Of a DNA stretch of 36,207 nt, positions 18,174 to 26,768 are shown piece by piece. The translations under genes and the position numbers were made by a program. The stretch spans positions 7,614 to 43,820 of the forward strand of contig DYRY01000001.1 in assembly GCA_020718465.1 (NCBI GenBank), in the 5' to 3' direction. Origin of the DNA: Anaeromyxobacter dehalogenans. GTDB taxonomy: Bacteria; UBP6; JAFGXH01. The notes beneath the pieces were generated by a model, which saw nothing but the letters and a program-made list of their open reading frames with translations, had not been told where the DNA came from and ran no database searches. Positions within the stretch are counted from its first letter, which is position 1; every line of letters begins with the position of its first letter.

Positions 18174-19451
18174 TCAAAACTCCAAATATATACCAGAAGA
18201 GAAGTCAAAATCTATTGCAAAATTTGGTGCTAATATAAAACTATTGGCAGATACAATAAAACCAAAGTTTTTTGATAACATAAAATGGGCACTTCCACCA
18301 ACATTTAAAGCAATAAAACCAGCCTTCAAAACATCTTTGTCTTGAATAGTACTAGTTGATGTTGTTGAAACTTGATAACGAATATTACCATAAGCAGCAC
18401 CAATAAATGTGGAGAGACTATATCCATCCTCTTTTGCTAAATATAGTTTTACTCTAGCACCTGCAAGAAAATCTGTTTCTATTGTTTGAATTCTTGCAAA
18501 CAGACCAATGGATAACTTCTCTTGTATAAAAAAGGATAAATCTCCACCAAACCATAATGGTGACCAAGCAAAACCAGATGAAACCTCTTGTTTTAAAATC
18601 TCTGTTTTTCCAGAAGGAACACCTAAACCAGTTCCTGCCTCAAGCTGAAGTGACATAATTGATTTTGATTTATCTGTTTTAGTCACTTTTTTTCCATCAT
18701 CTTTTTTGTCATCTTTCTTTACAACAACATCCTCTTTTGTAATCACTTTGATTATATGTGGTTCAAGAGGAGATCCTGAATTTGCAATAGGATTTAGTTC
18801 TGCATCAATAAGCATAATATATAGCTTTAATTCAGGCTCTTTTATTAATGATGCAGGAATCTCTCCAACATACTCTTCATTCAATTTAGTTAATTTTAAA
18901 GACTCATATTCATCACCCAATGAAACATAAAAAACGTTAACTTCAGAACCTGTTGATGGAAGAGGATTAACTTTTAAGCTGATTTTATAGGAGTTTCCAA
19001 TTAAATGTTTCTCTGCTGGAGTGAAAGTTATCTCATATTTTACAGAGTCCAAAACAAAAGTATTCTGATTTTCTGATTCTAAATCCTCTTTTGCTTTATT
19101 AAAAATCTCATTAATCTCATCTGTTGAGAAATTTTCAGGAACTTGAACATCTTTATTTAATTTTAGAGCCTTTTTGATAAACTCTGGAGCCTCAACACCA
19201 TCCTCAACCATAAGATTGAGGACAGCAGCAAGTATATATATATTTGCAAACTCAGGCTCTGTTAATTTATAACTCTCTATCATTGAGATGGCTTTTAGTA
19301 CATTTGTTTTTGCAACATCTGTATCAAGTTCATTTATAGCTTTTTCAGCATTTTTTTGATACTTCTGAACAGATGACACTATTTTTGGAGAAGCCTTCCC
19401 CATAATAAATATGGGGAGAACCATCATTATTATAAAAAAAGATATTCGCAT
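18174..19451 (-). CDS. Exported protein: TPR-like N-domain, beta-sandwich, K/D linker and C-terminal beta-barrel
   Basis: Signal peptide; A..FIKKALKLN.D (TPR-like); GSPLEPH; about 8 amphipathic strands ending GIYLEF. Confidence 0.7.
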   Translation of the reverse strand: MRISFFIIMMVLPIFIMGKASPKIVSSVQKYQKNAEKAINELDTDVAKTNVLKAISMIESYKLTEPEFANIYILAAVLNLMVEDGVEAPEFIKKALKLNKDVQVPENFSTDEINEIFNKAKEDLESENQNTFVLDSVKYEITFTPAEKHLIGNSYKISLKVNPLPSTGSEVNVFYVSLGDEYESLKLTKLNEEYVGEIPASLIKEPELKLYIMLIDAELNPIANSGSPLEPHIIKVITKEDVVVKKDDKKDDGKKVTKTDKSKSIMSLQLEAGTGLGVPSGKTEILKQEVSSGFAWSPLWFGGDLSFFIQEKLSIGLFARIQTIETDFLAGARVKLYLAKEDGYSLSTFIGAAYGNIRYQVSTTSTSTIQDKDVLKAGFIALNVGGSAHFMLSKNFGFIVSANSFILAPNFAIDFDFSSGIYLEF

Positions 19452-19454
19452 GAA

Positions 19455-20870
19455 CTAATCCTTTTTAATATTAAATTCAACTCTACGATTCATCTCACGG
19501 CCTTTTTCTGTTTTGTTAGAAGCAATAGGTTTCTCCATTCCATAACCAACAGATTCAAGCCTACTTTCATCAACACCTTTATTTGCAAGATAATCTCTAA
19601 CGGCATCAGCACGTTGTTGTGAAAGTTTTTTATTAATTTTTGCACTTCCTTTGTTATCAGTATGCCCCTCAATTACAACTTTTACATTTTTTCTTGAGAG
19701 TAAAGCATCAACAATTTGATCAAGCATATCAAAAGATTTTTTATCAATTTTAGCCTTTCCAAATGCAAAGAATACTTTCTGTTTTAACTCAATTTTGTCC
19801 TCTTTCACCTCAATTAATGTATATTTTTTAGGTTCTTCATCTGGACAACCATCCTCATCCATATATGAATTAACTGTTTCAGGTTCGTTTGGACACTTAT
19901 CTATACCTTTACATACTGTTTTATATTTTTCTAAAAGATTCTGTTCAGAAATCCAAGAGTCACAAATACCATCTTGATCATTATCTGGTTCAGGGCAACC
20001 CTCTTCATCCTCAAATCCATCAAAGTCTTCTGGATCATTTGGGCATTTATCATTTATGTCTAAAATTCCATCCCCATCATTATCTGGATCTGGACAACCA
20101 TCTTCATCTTGAAATGTATCAATATCTTCTGAAATCATTGGACATTTGTCAAACTCATCAAGAATACCATCTTTATCATTATCTGGATCTGGACAACCAT
20201 CTTCATCCTCAAATCCATCAAAATCTTCTGGATCTTGTGGACATTTATCTTGATCATCATAAATTCCATCACCATCACTATCTTTCTCAGGACAACCATC
20301 ATCATCTTGATAGCCATTAAAATCTTCAGGATTAGTTGGACATTTATCAACACCTTTACAAATATCAATATATGCTTTCTGCTCTCCTAATTCAGAAATC
20401 CAAGGATCACAAATACCATCTTTGTCATTATCTGGTTCTGGACAGCCATCATCATCCTCAAATCCATCTTTATCTTCAGGATTATCAGGACATTTATCAT
20501 GTTGGTCTAAAATTCCATCACCATCTCTATCAACAATTTCACATGGTTTTGAAAGAATCAATGCTGCATTAACATGTTTTCTTGCCTTTGATATATGATA
20601 TTTTGCTTGACGCCAATCCCCTTGAGAAAGCTCAATTTCTGCAAACTCTTTATTTGCTTCAGCTAAAGCAAGATCTTTAGGACCACAATTAAGTTTCATT
20701 GCATTTTGTTTTCTTGCCTTCTCAATTCTTTCATCAATTATCTGAATCTCATCTCTAATTTGAGTTGATGTTGCACAACTAGTAGTAATAAGAGAAAATA
20801 GTAGTGATATTAAGATAAGTGACCAAGTTGTAGTAAATTTTTTATGATTTCTTATTTTAGTCCAAATCAT
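19455..20870 (-). CDS. OmpA-family lipoprotein: DUF4398-like helix, six thrombospondin type-3 (Ca-binding) units, OmpA C-terminal peptidoglycan-binding domain
   Basis: Lipobox-like TTSC; DKCP..PED.DGF.D.DGCP six times; IEGHTD, LSQQRADAV, GYG..KP and NRRVEF. Confidence 0.92.
   Translation of the reverse strand: MIWTKIRNHKKFTTTWSLILISLLFSLITTSCATSTQIRDEIQIIDERIEKARKQNAMKLNCGPKDLALAEANKEFAEIELSQGDWRQAKYHISKARKHVNAALILSKPCEIVDRDGDGILDQHDKCPDNPEDKDGFEDDDGCPEPDNDKDGICDPWISELGEQKAYIDICKGVDKCPTNPEDFNGYQDDDGCPEKDSDGDGIYDDQDKCPQDPEDFDGFEDEDGCPDPDNDKDGILDEFDKCPMISEDIDTFQDEDGCPDPDNDGDGILDINDKCPNDPEDFDGFEDEEGCPEPDNDQDGICDSWISEQNLLEKYKTVCKGIDKCPNEPETVNSYMDEDGCPDEEPKKYTLIEVKEDKIELKQKVFFAFGKAKIDKKSFDMLDQIVDALLSRKNVKVVIEGHTDNKGSAKINKKLSQQRADAVRDYLANKGVDESRLESVGYGMEKPIASNKTEKGREMNRRVEFNIKKD
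19830..20535 (-). repeat. Intragenic TSP3 repeat array (six imperfect units)
   Basis: Recurrent ggacaaccatc / ggacattt / tcattatctgg segments on the + strand; boundaries approximate. Confidence 0.85.
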
Positions 20871-21306
20871 CTTCTTCTCCTACACCACCATTTGTCTCAT
20901 TTTTATTTGCATCTCTTTTTTGATCTGCAATATTTTTTATCTCAATATTTTCAGAGCTATCAACATCTGTTGTTGCATCTTTTTCAAGTTTGAGATCTCC
21001 TTCCTCCAAAAGGTATGATTTATCTTCAAGTGCAATTGCTTTTGCCTCTATAGCAAGTTTTCTTGACTTTTCTGCTAAATCTTTAGACTCTTGAAAATCG
21101 GAATAGGCACGCTCATCTTTAGATTTATAAAGATATGCTTTTGCTTTGTAGTAGTGATATGGAGCTGTTTTATGTGCCCCAACACGATAGGCTGATTGAA
21201 TCTCTACTGTTGCCTGATTTATCTCTATTGTTGATTGGATAGGTCCACAACCTACCACAAATAAAGATAGAATCAACAAAGTTAATAAGAGAATGCTACG
21301 ATTCAC
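20857..21306 (-). CDS. DUF4398-like lipoprotein
   Basis: GTG start after AGGAGGG; lipobox VVGC; A..A..VGA...APY.Y..A.AYL.K pattern; overlaps the OmpA gene. Confidence 0.82.
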   Translation of the reverse strand: MNRSILLLTLLILSLFVVGCGPIQSTIEINQATVEIQSAYRVGAHKTAPYHYYKAKAYLYKSKDERAYSDFQESKDLAEKSRKLAIEAKAIALEDKSYLLEEGDLKLEKDATTDVDSSENIEIKNIADQKRDANKNETNGGVGEEDDLD

Positions 21307-21332
21307 GCTCCCTCCTAGGTAAAATACTTGTT

Positions 21333-21361
21333 ATTGTATCAAAGCATTAAAAGCTTGTCAA
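21333..21361 (-). promoter_or_regulatory. Strong sigma70 promoter of the DUF4398-OmpA operon
   Basis: TTGACA-N17-TACAAT with an extended -10 (TGa). Confidence 0.78.
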
Positions 21362-21367
21362 GTTTGA

Positions 21368-21547
21368 TTAATCAGAATCCACATTTGAACTCTTTTTCTT
21401 TAAAATTTTTTTGACTACAAAATATGCAATCAAGACTGCAATTCCAAAAAAGATTAATGCTACCAATTTTTTCATAAGCCAATATATCAAAAATGCTGTT
21501 GCAATAACTGCAATCCAAACAAATACCTCTTTTATTTTTCCAACCAT
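21368..21547 (-). CDS. Small two-helix membrane protein (59 aa)
   Basis: GAGGT RBS before the ATG at 21547; two hydrophobic segments and a basic tail. Confidence 0.65.
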   Translation of the reverse strand: MVGKIKEVFVWIAVIATAFLIYWLMKKLVALIFFGIAVLIAYFVVKKILKKKSSNVDSD

Positions 21548-21895
21548 GATATACCTCGAAAAATAACTTATCATCTATTCTATTGAAAAAAAAATAAAAA
21601 ATCAAGTTTAACTGAAATTAATTGGAATTCAGCTTAAAAAATTGATTTTTTTATAAGAAATTACTATTTTGTTGAACTATAAAAATAAAAATAGCTTTTT
21701 TTTTCAGAATTTTTGATAGATAAATTAAAAAAACAAAAAAGATACATAAATGTCTTGTTTTTGAATATTTTTTTGCGACATTTTTGTCATAAAAATAGAG
21801 GTATTACTCTAAACATCTTTTTTATAAGGATTTTTTATTTATATTATTTAGTGGAAAATATATTGCTATAATTATATTGTTGTTTGGAGGTTGTC

Positions 21896-22126
21896 ATGAA
21901 AGGTTTAATAAATTCAGAGTTTATTTTAAATACAGTTGTATTATTACTTATGATTTTTGTAGCTTTTGTTTTAAATTGGGAAATTAAAATAATTACAATT
22001 GTTTCAACCTCTTTTTATGTTATTATATATTCACTCCTATTTATACCTTATATAATAAATTACATAAAAGAGAAAAAAGAGGGAATTGAAAGTAGCAGTT
22101 CTCTTCAGGATAAAACAATACTATAA
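21896..22126 (+). CDS. Small two-helix membrane protein (76 aa)
   Basis: GGAGG RBS before the ATG at 21896; its stop directly abuts the next ATG. Confidence 0.65.
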   Translation: MKGLINSEFILNTVVLLLMIFVAFVLNWEIKIITIVSTSFYVIIYSLLFIPYIINYIKEKKEGIESSSSLQDKTIL

Positions 22127-23317
22127 ATGTCCCACTATGATATTGCTATTATTGGTGCTGGTCCATCTGGTTCAACTTTAGCCAAACTAATTCCATCAAA
22201 TTTGAAAACTGTTATTATTGATAAGAGAGATTTATTTATAACAAGTCAAAAATTTATAGAACCCAAATTTAATTCAAAAAATTTAAAAATTGATGATTTT
22301 GATTCTAAAAATTCTGTTTATGATAGTGATTTTAATAAAAAAATATTATTTAATAGAAGCAAAATTGAGAAATCTTGTGGTGGACTTCTTGCCTTTGATG
22401 CTCAAAAAATATTAAAAAAATTAGATTTAAAAATACCATCTTTTGTTATAGATTCAAACCAACTATTTTCAATTCATGCAATAGATTTAGAGAGTAAAAA
22501 TGAGAGTGTTTATCCCAAAAACTATATAAATATTGATAGAGATAGTTTTGATAGATGGCTTTTCTCTTTAATTCCTGATTATGTTGATAAAAAAATGGGA
22601 TATTTTTTAGATAAAATAGAAAAAACAGATAATATAATCAAATTTTCACTTTTAAAAGATGGAAAATATGAGTTTCACACATCTAAATTCTTAGTTGGAG
22701 CAGATGGAGCCCTTTCAAAAGTTAGAAAATATCTTAATCCTAAAAATACACCACCACTTTATTTAACAGTTCAAGACTATTTTGAAAAAGATTTTAACCT
22801 TCAACATTTTGTTGCCTTTTTTCACTCTAAATTAACCGATTTTTATGGATGGATTATACCCAAAGAGAGTCATAATATAGTTGGTTTGTCATTTAGGCAA
22901 AACAGTAAAAAAAGAGATATTTTTTTTAAATCAATAGATTTAAGGATGGAGTTTTTAAAAAAAGAGATATCAAAATACTATCCCTCTTTTAATAAAGAGA
23001 AATATTTTCGAAGTGGTGGAGTTCATTTTAGGCCAGAATATGTAGATGAGATATTTTTGGGAAGAGACAATATTTTTTTAGTTGGAGAGGCTGCTGGTTG
23101 GATTAGTCCAAGTTCAGCAGAGGGAATAAGTTTTGCAATTGAGACAGCTATTTTATTATCAGAATCATTTAGGAATTTAAACTCTGTTTTGTCAGACTAT
23201 AAGAAAAAAACCCTCCACATAAAAAAAAGATTACTATTTAAAATATTAAAATCACCATTTTTATACTCAAAAAACATCAGAAATATGATATTTTCAACTA
23301 ATATTGGACAAATATAA
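22127..23317 (+). CDS. cbrA: FAD-dependent oxidoreductase, CbrA/geranylgeranyl-reductase family
   Basis: IIGAGPSGS, KSCGGLLAFDAQ, YINIDRDSFDRWL, VGADGA, FYGWIIPK and LVGEAAGWISPSSAEGISFA closely follow E. coli CbrA(YidS) motifs. Orthology is not proven. Confidence 0.75.
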   Translation: MSHYDIAIIGAGPSGSTLAKLIPSNLKTVIIDKRDLFITSQKFIEPKFNSKNLKIDDFDSKNSVYDSDFNKKILFNRSKIEKSCGGLLAFDAQKILKKLDLKIPSFVIDSNQLFSIHAIDLESKNESVYPKNYINIDRDSFDRWLFSLIPDYVDKKMGYFLDKIEKTDNIIKFSLLKDGKYEFHTSKFLVGADGALSKVRKYLNPKNTPPLYLTVQDYFEKDFNLQHFVAFFHSKLTDFYGWIIPKESHNIVGLSFRQNSKKRDIFFKSIDLRMEFLKKEISKYYPSFNKEKYFRSGGVHFRPEYVDEIFLGRDNIFLVGEAAGWISPSSAEGISFAIETAILLSESFRNLNSVLSDYKKKTLHIKKRLLFKILKSPFLYSKNIRNMIFSTNIGQI

Positions 23318-23425
23318 TCAAAAAATCTTTTTGTTTTGATAAAATAAATTATAGAGATATTTTTGTTTATTTATAAAAAAGTTCATTTTGTTTTTATTTT
23401 AATTATTTATAAAAAGGAGAAAGTT

Positions 23426-23872
23426 GTGAGTAAATTTCTTTCACCAAAAGAGGAGGCTCATTTGATGATGAAACTCTTTCCAAGTTGGACAGAGTGTTAT
23501 AAAATAATTAATCATCATTTTGATGTTTTACAATCAAGAAATCAGATGATGTTAACATTATCAACATTAACATTAACAATAACAGGTTTTTCTGGACCGA
23601 AAATAGCTTCTGATAACTTTTTATCAAGAATTTTTCTTGTTTTAGGGTTGCTAACAGTTCTTTCATCAACAATTATCATTCTTCTTTCAACATTAAAAAT
23701 CAGATGGTTAACCCAAGATGGAATTGAAGAGCCAATTGATATACTGATATCTCTTATTGCAAGAAGAAATAGAAGAACAAAACTATTTCATATTCAATTA
23801 ATAACACTTATGAGTGGCCTATCTTTATATGTTGGAGGTGTTATTATTTATCTTCTTATTGGTCATTTTTAA
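23426..23872 (+). CDS. Hypothetical membrane protein (three hydrophobic segments)
   Basis: AAGGAG RBS before the GTG at 23426. Confidence 0.72.
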   Translation: MSKFLSPKEEAHLMMKLFPSWTECYKIINHHFDVLQSRNQMMLTLSTLTLTITGFSGPKIASDNFLSRIFLVLGLLTVLSSTIIILLSTLKIRWLTQDGIEEPIDILISLIARRNRRTKLFHIQLITLMSGLSLYVGGVIIYLLIGHF

Positions 23873-23914
23873 AAATTAAAATAAAAAATGCTTTATAAAA
23901 GAAATGAAATGATC

Positions 23915-24196
23915 CTATTTAAATAAAGCATCAAGTTTTGCTTTTGCATCTTGATCTGAAGTAAGAGGTTTCTCATCATATTTTTTCATTTGGAATGAGG
24001 CACAAAAGTTTGGGGCCTCTCTATCACGAATAAATGCAGTTGTTGTTTCTAAGCACTCATTATGAGCATTCGGATCCCAAAAACGGCAGTTTTTACAAAT
24101 ATGTAAAAATGAGTTACAGTTTGGACAGGTATCCTGACGTCCAACTCTTCCATCATAAACCTCAACCTCTTGTTTACAAAAATTACAAATATACAT
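23915..24196 (-). CDS. Small 8-Cys putative double zinc-binding protein
   Basis: CxxC three times plus two single Cys; NFC..F motif; ends AKAKLDALFK; AAGGAG RBS. Confidence 0.85.
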   Translation of the reverse strand: MYICNFCKQEVEVYDGRVGRQDTCPNCNSFLHICKNCRFWDPNAHNECLETTTAFIRDREAPNFCASFQMKKYDEKPLTSDQDAKAKLDALFK

Positions 24197-24440
24197 AAAA
24201 TTATCTCCTTAAAAGTTAAATAGAGAAATTACCTTTCTCCATCTATATTTTTACAACCTTTTTAATTTCAAGTCAATATAGTAATTTAACAATATCCTGC
24301 TTTTATAATTTTTCAAAAATACTTTTTATTAATTATAAAAATTTAAATTTTTTCCTTTATAAAAAACAAAAAACATAGCAATTTAATTTTTTTGAAAAAT
24401 TATAAATATCAAAAAATAGAGATAATAATTACTTAAATCT

Positions 24441-24989
24441 CTATTTATCTAAAGAGTCAACTTTTAATGATTTTAAAATTTGTGTTAAAAACTCAAGAGA
24501 TAAAGAGGCTTCAATCTCTTTGATTAACATCTGTTTAAAAAATGGCTCTTTTTTTGCTGCTAAAGTTTTTCCAAATGTTTTCCAAAAAGTTCTCTCTTTT
24601 CTTGCTTCAACTTTTTTACTCTCAGTAATTTCTAGAATAAATAGGTGTACTCTTGATGAGATATGTTTTGATTCATAAAAATAGCCTTGATAGAGTGTGT
24701 TTGATTTTTTAATAACCAATCCACCCTCCTCCTCAATTTTTCTAACCATTGCCTGAAAAGGCATTTCATCCTCCTCAACTGTTGCTGAAAATGGGTAATA
24801 ATTAAAATCCTCAACACTCATTGAGTGTGCTGGGGTAGATTCAGAACGCCAATAGATCTCCCCTTCATAAAGAAAAATAAACTCAACTTTGTCTCTTACC
24901 TCAACAAAAAGATAACTCTCTCCATCTTCATTAAATTTTCTTTTAACTTGAAAGAATTTATAATCTTTTACCAACTCTTTTTTTCTCAT
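24441..24989 (-). CDS. NUDIX-fold protein with a degenerate Nudix box
   Basis: ATVEEDEMPFQAMVRKIEEEGGL compared with the consensus Gx5Ex7REUxEExGU; also G.FY.S..IS..RVHLF. Confidence 0.7.
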   Translation of the reverse strand: MRKKELVKDYKFFQVKRKFNEDGESYLFVEVRDKVEFIFLYEGEIYWRSESTPAHSMSVEDFNYYPFSATVEEDEMPFQAMVRKIEEEGGLVIKKSNTLYQGYFYESKHISSRVHLFILEITESKKVEARKERTFWKTFGKTLAAKKEPFFKQMLIKEIEASLSLEFLTQILKSLKVDSLDK

Positions 24990-24995
24990 ATCTCC

Positions 24996-25052
24996 CCCAA
25001 ATGGTCTATTAAATCTTAATGTATCGATTTTTTATTGAAAGTCAATAAAAAA
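24996..25052. promoter_or_regulatory. Divergent promoter region with a minus-strand TTGACT-N16-TACATT overlapped by an 11-bp inverted repeat
   Basis: TTTTTTATTGA-aag-TCAATAAAAAA at 25028-25052. Confidence 0.4.
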
Positions 25053-25069
25053 ATGTGATAACATAAATT

Positions 25070-26707
25070 ATGATATTTTTATTTTTCTCTTTATCAATTT
25101 TATTATCAAATAGTTTTGTTTGCAGAGCACCAGAGCTTTATAAATATAGAGAAAATAGAGATTTTATTATTTCAAAAGAGAAAATTAGATTTTTAAATCA
25201 GTTAAAAAATTATAGTGATAAAATACAAAATATTAACTATTTAGATGCAATTTTTATAAAAAATTTTTATAAAAAAATTGGAATTAACTCTATTGAAATT
25301 ACTGATTTTTTAAAATTTTTAAAAAAAGGGGGATATTTTAATAAAAAATTCATTAAAAATAGGGATTTTATACTGAAAAATAATCTATCAAAAGCTATTC
25401 AGAAAAATACATGGAACTATATGGGTTCATTTATTGAGTTTTATAGAGCAATCTGTAGTATTGATGGTGATGATAAAATTGTATATGATGAGATCGCAAA
25501 TGAAACAGATTGTATTTTAAGAGATGATATAAAAAATAGCTGGAATATTGATTACTTCTTTGAGATTATAAAAAAGGGGGATGAGTTAATTTATGATGCC
25601 GATTTTGGATTTCCATATTTAACTCCATTTGTTGCAAAAATGATTCTTGTAGAGTTTATGGATTACTACTTAAAAAATAGTAATAGTAGTGATTTACGAA
25701 AAGATTTTTGGAGTGGAGTTATTCATAAACAAAATATTGGTGAGTTTAGATGTGGTCATTTTTGTGAATCATACTCTTCACCTTTTGAAAACGATTTAGA
25801 TTACTATACTACTCATATGGGATATGTGTTAGTTCACTCAGTTGATTCTGGTCATTTAACAGAAAAAATATCAAATGAATTAAATAATTTTGAATTAATT
25901 AATAAAAACAGTTTTTTAGATGAAAAAAAAGAGAAAAATAAGACAGAAACTGAAAAAAAAACTGAAAATAAAATTGAAAATGATATAAAAAGTAGTAATT
26001 CTAAAGATATAAATAGTAATAGTGATAATTTATTTTTAAACTTTGTAAAAATAGTTATGGATAAATATATTTTAATTAGTGAGATTGATACTGTTGGAGT
26101 TGAATGCTCCTACTATCTTCAAAGAGTTTTAGAAAATATGGGTTATAAAATAAAAGGGAGACTTAAAAGCTCAACTATGGAGCAAAAACTGTCTAAAGAC
26201 TTTAAATCATCACGAAAAAGAGAGTTTTTTTCAGAGGAATTACTTATTGCTGGAGATATGATTCAACAAAAAGGACACACTTGGGTTTTTGCTGGTTATG
26301 GTAATCTAAATAAAAAATATATAGATTTTATAAAAACAGATCTTAATAAAAATAGTAATCTAGAAATTTCTAAAAACAACAAAAATGTTATTGATAATGT
26401 TAATGAAAGTAAAGTAAACATTGATTATAATCAAAATAAAGTTAATAAAAATAGAGTAAATCTTGATAATTTAATAACTAAAGTTAATAAAAATAGAGTA
26501 AACCCTAATGTTATTTATATTTTAACTTATGAAGCAGTTGGTAATAGAGCAAGATCTGTTGGTCTTTTTTATAGAATGATGCCTTATGAAAAAAAAGATT
26601 GGAGTTACACATCTTGTGATATAAATGAGATTTGGAAAAATGATGATGAAGGTTTTAAACCTGCTCCTCTTGATGAGTTTAAATATATTTATAGATTAAT
26701 TAAATAG
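25070..26707 (+). CDS. Exported protein with a C-terminal NlpC/P60-like cysteine peptidase domain and a possible divergent SLT/lysozyme-like N-domain
   Basis: GVECSYYLQRVL (C346), LIAGDMIQQKGHTWVFAG (H403) and TYEA (E488); hydrophobic N-terminus. Confidence 0.6.
   Translation: MIFLFFSLSILLSNSFVCRAPELYKYRENRDFIISKEKIRFLNQLKNYSDKIQNINYLDAIFIKNFYKKIGINSIEITDFLKFLKKGGYFNKKFIKNRDFILKNNLSKAIQKNTWNYMGSFIEFYRAICSIDGDDKIVYDEIANETDCILRDDIKNSWNIDYFFEIIKKGDELIYDADFGFPYLTPFVAKMILVEFMDYYLKNSNSSDLRKDFWSGVIHKQNIGEFRCGHFCESYSSPFENDLDYYTTHMGYVLVHSVDSGHLTEKISNELNNFELINKNSFLDEKKEKNKTETEKKTENKIENDIKSSNSKDINSNSDNLFLNFVKIVMDKYILISEIDTVGVECSYYLQRVLENMGYKIKGRLKSSTMEQKLSKDFKSSRKREFFSEELLIAGDMIQQKGHTWVFAGYGNLNKKYIDFIKTDLNKNSNLEISKNNKNVIDNVNESKVNIDYNQNKVNKNRVNLDNLITKVNKNRVNPNVIYILTYEAVGNRARSVGLFYRMMPYEKKDWSYTSCDINEIWKNDDEGFKPAPLDEFKYIYRLIK
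26437..26502 (+). repeat. 24-bp direct repeat with a 42-bp period, encoding KVNKNRVN twice
   Basis: TAAAGTTAATAAAAATAGAGTAAA at 26437 and 26479. Confidence 0.85.
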
Positions 26708-26768
26708 TTATTTTTAGGTTTTTTATAAAAAAATTCTTACTTTTAATGGAATTTTTAAATTTTGGAGC

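Noticed and set aside
19490-20572. His-rich and Met-rich ORFs (19490, 19795, 19889, 20135, 20336)
   Set aside because: Alternative-frame and antisense by-products of the GAT-rich TSP3/OmpA coding sequence.
19455-20870. Calling the TSP3-OmpA gene traB
   Set aside because: It lacks TraB's N-terminal beta-barrel, and no TraA-like (PA14, Cys-rich, MYXO-CTERM) gene is adjacent.
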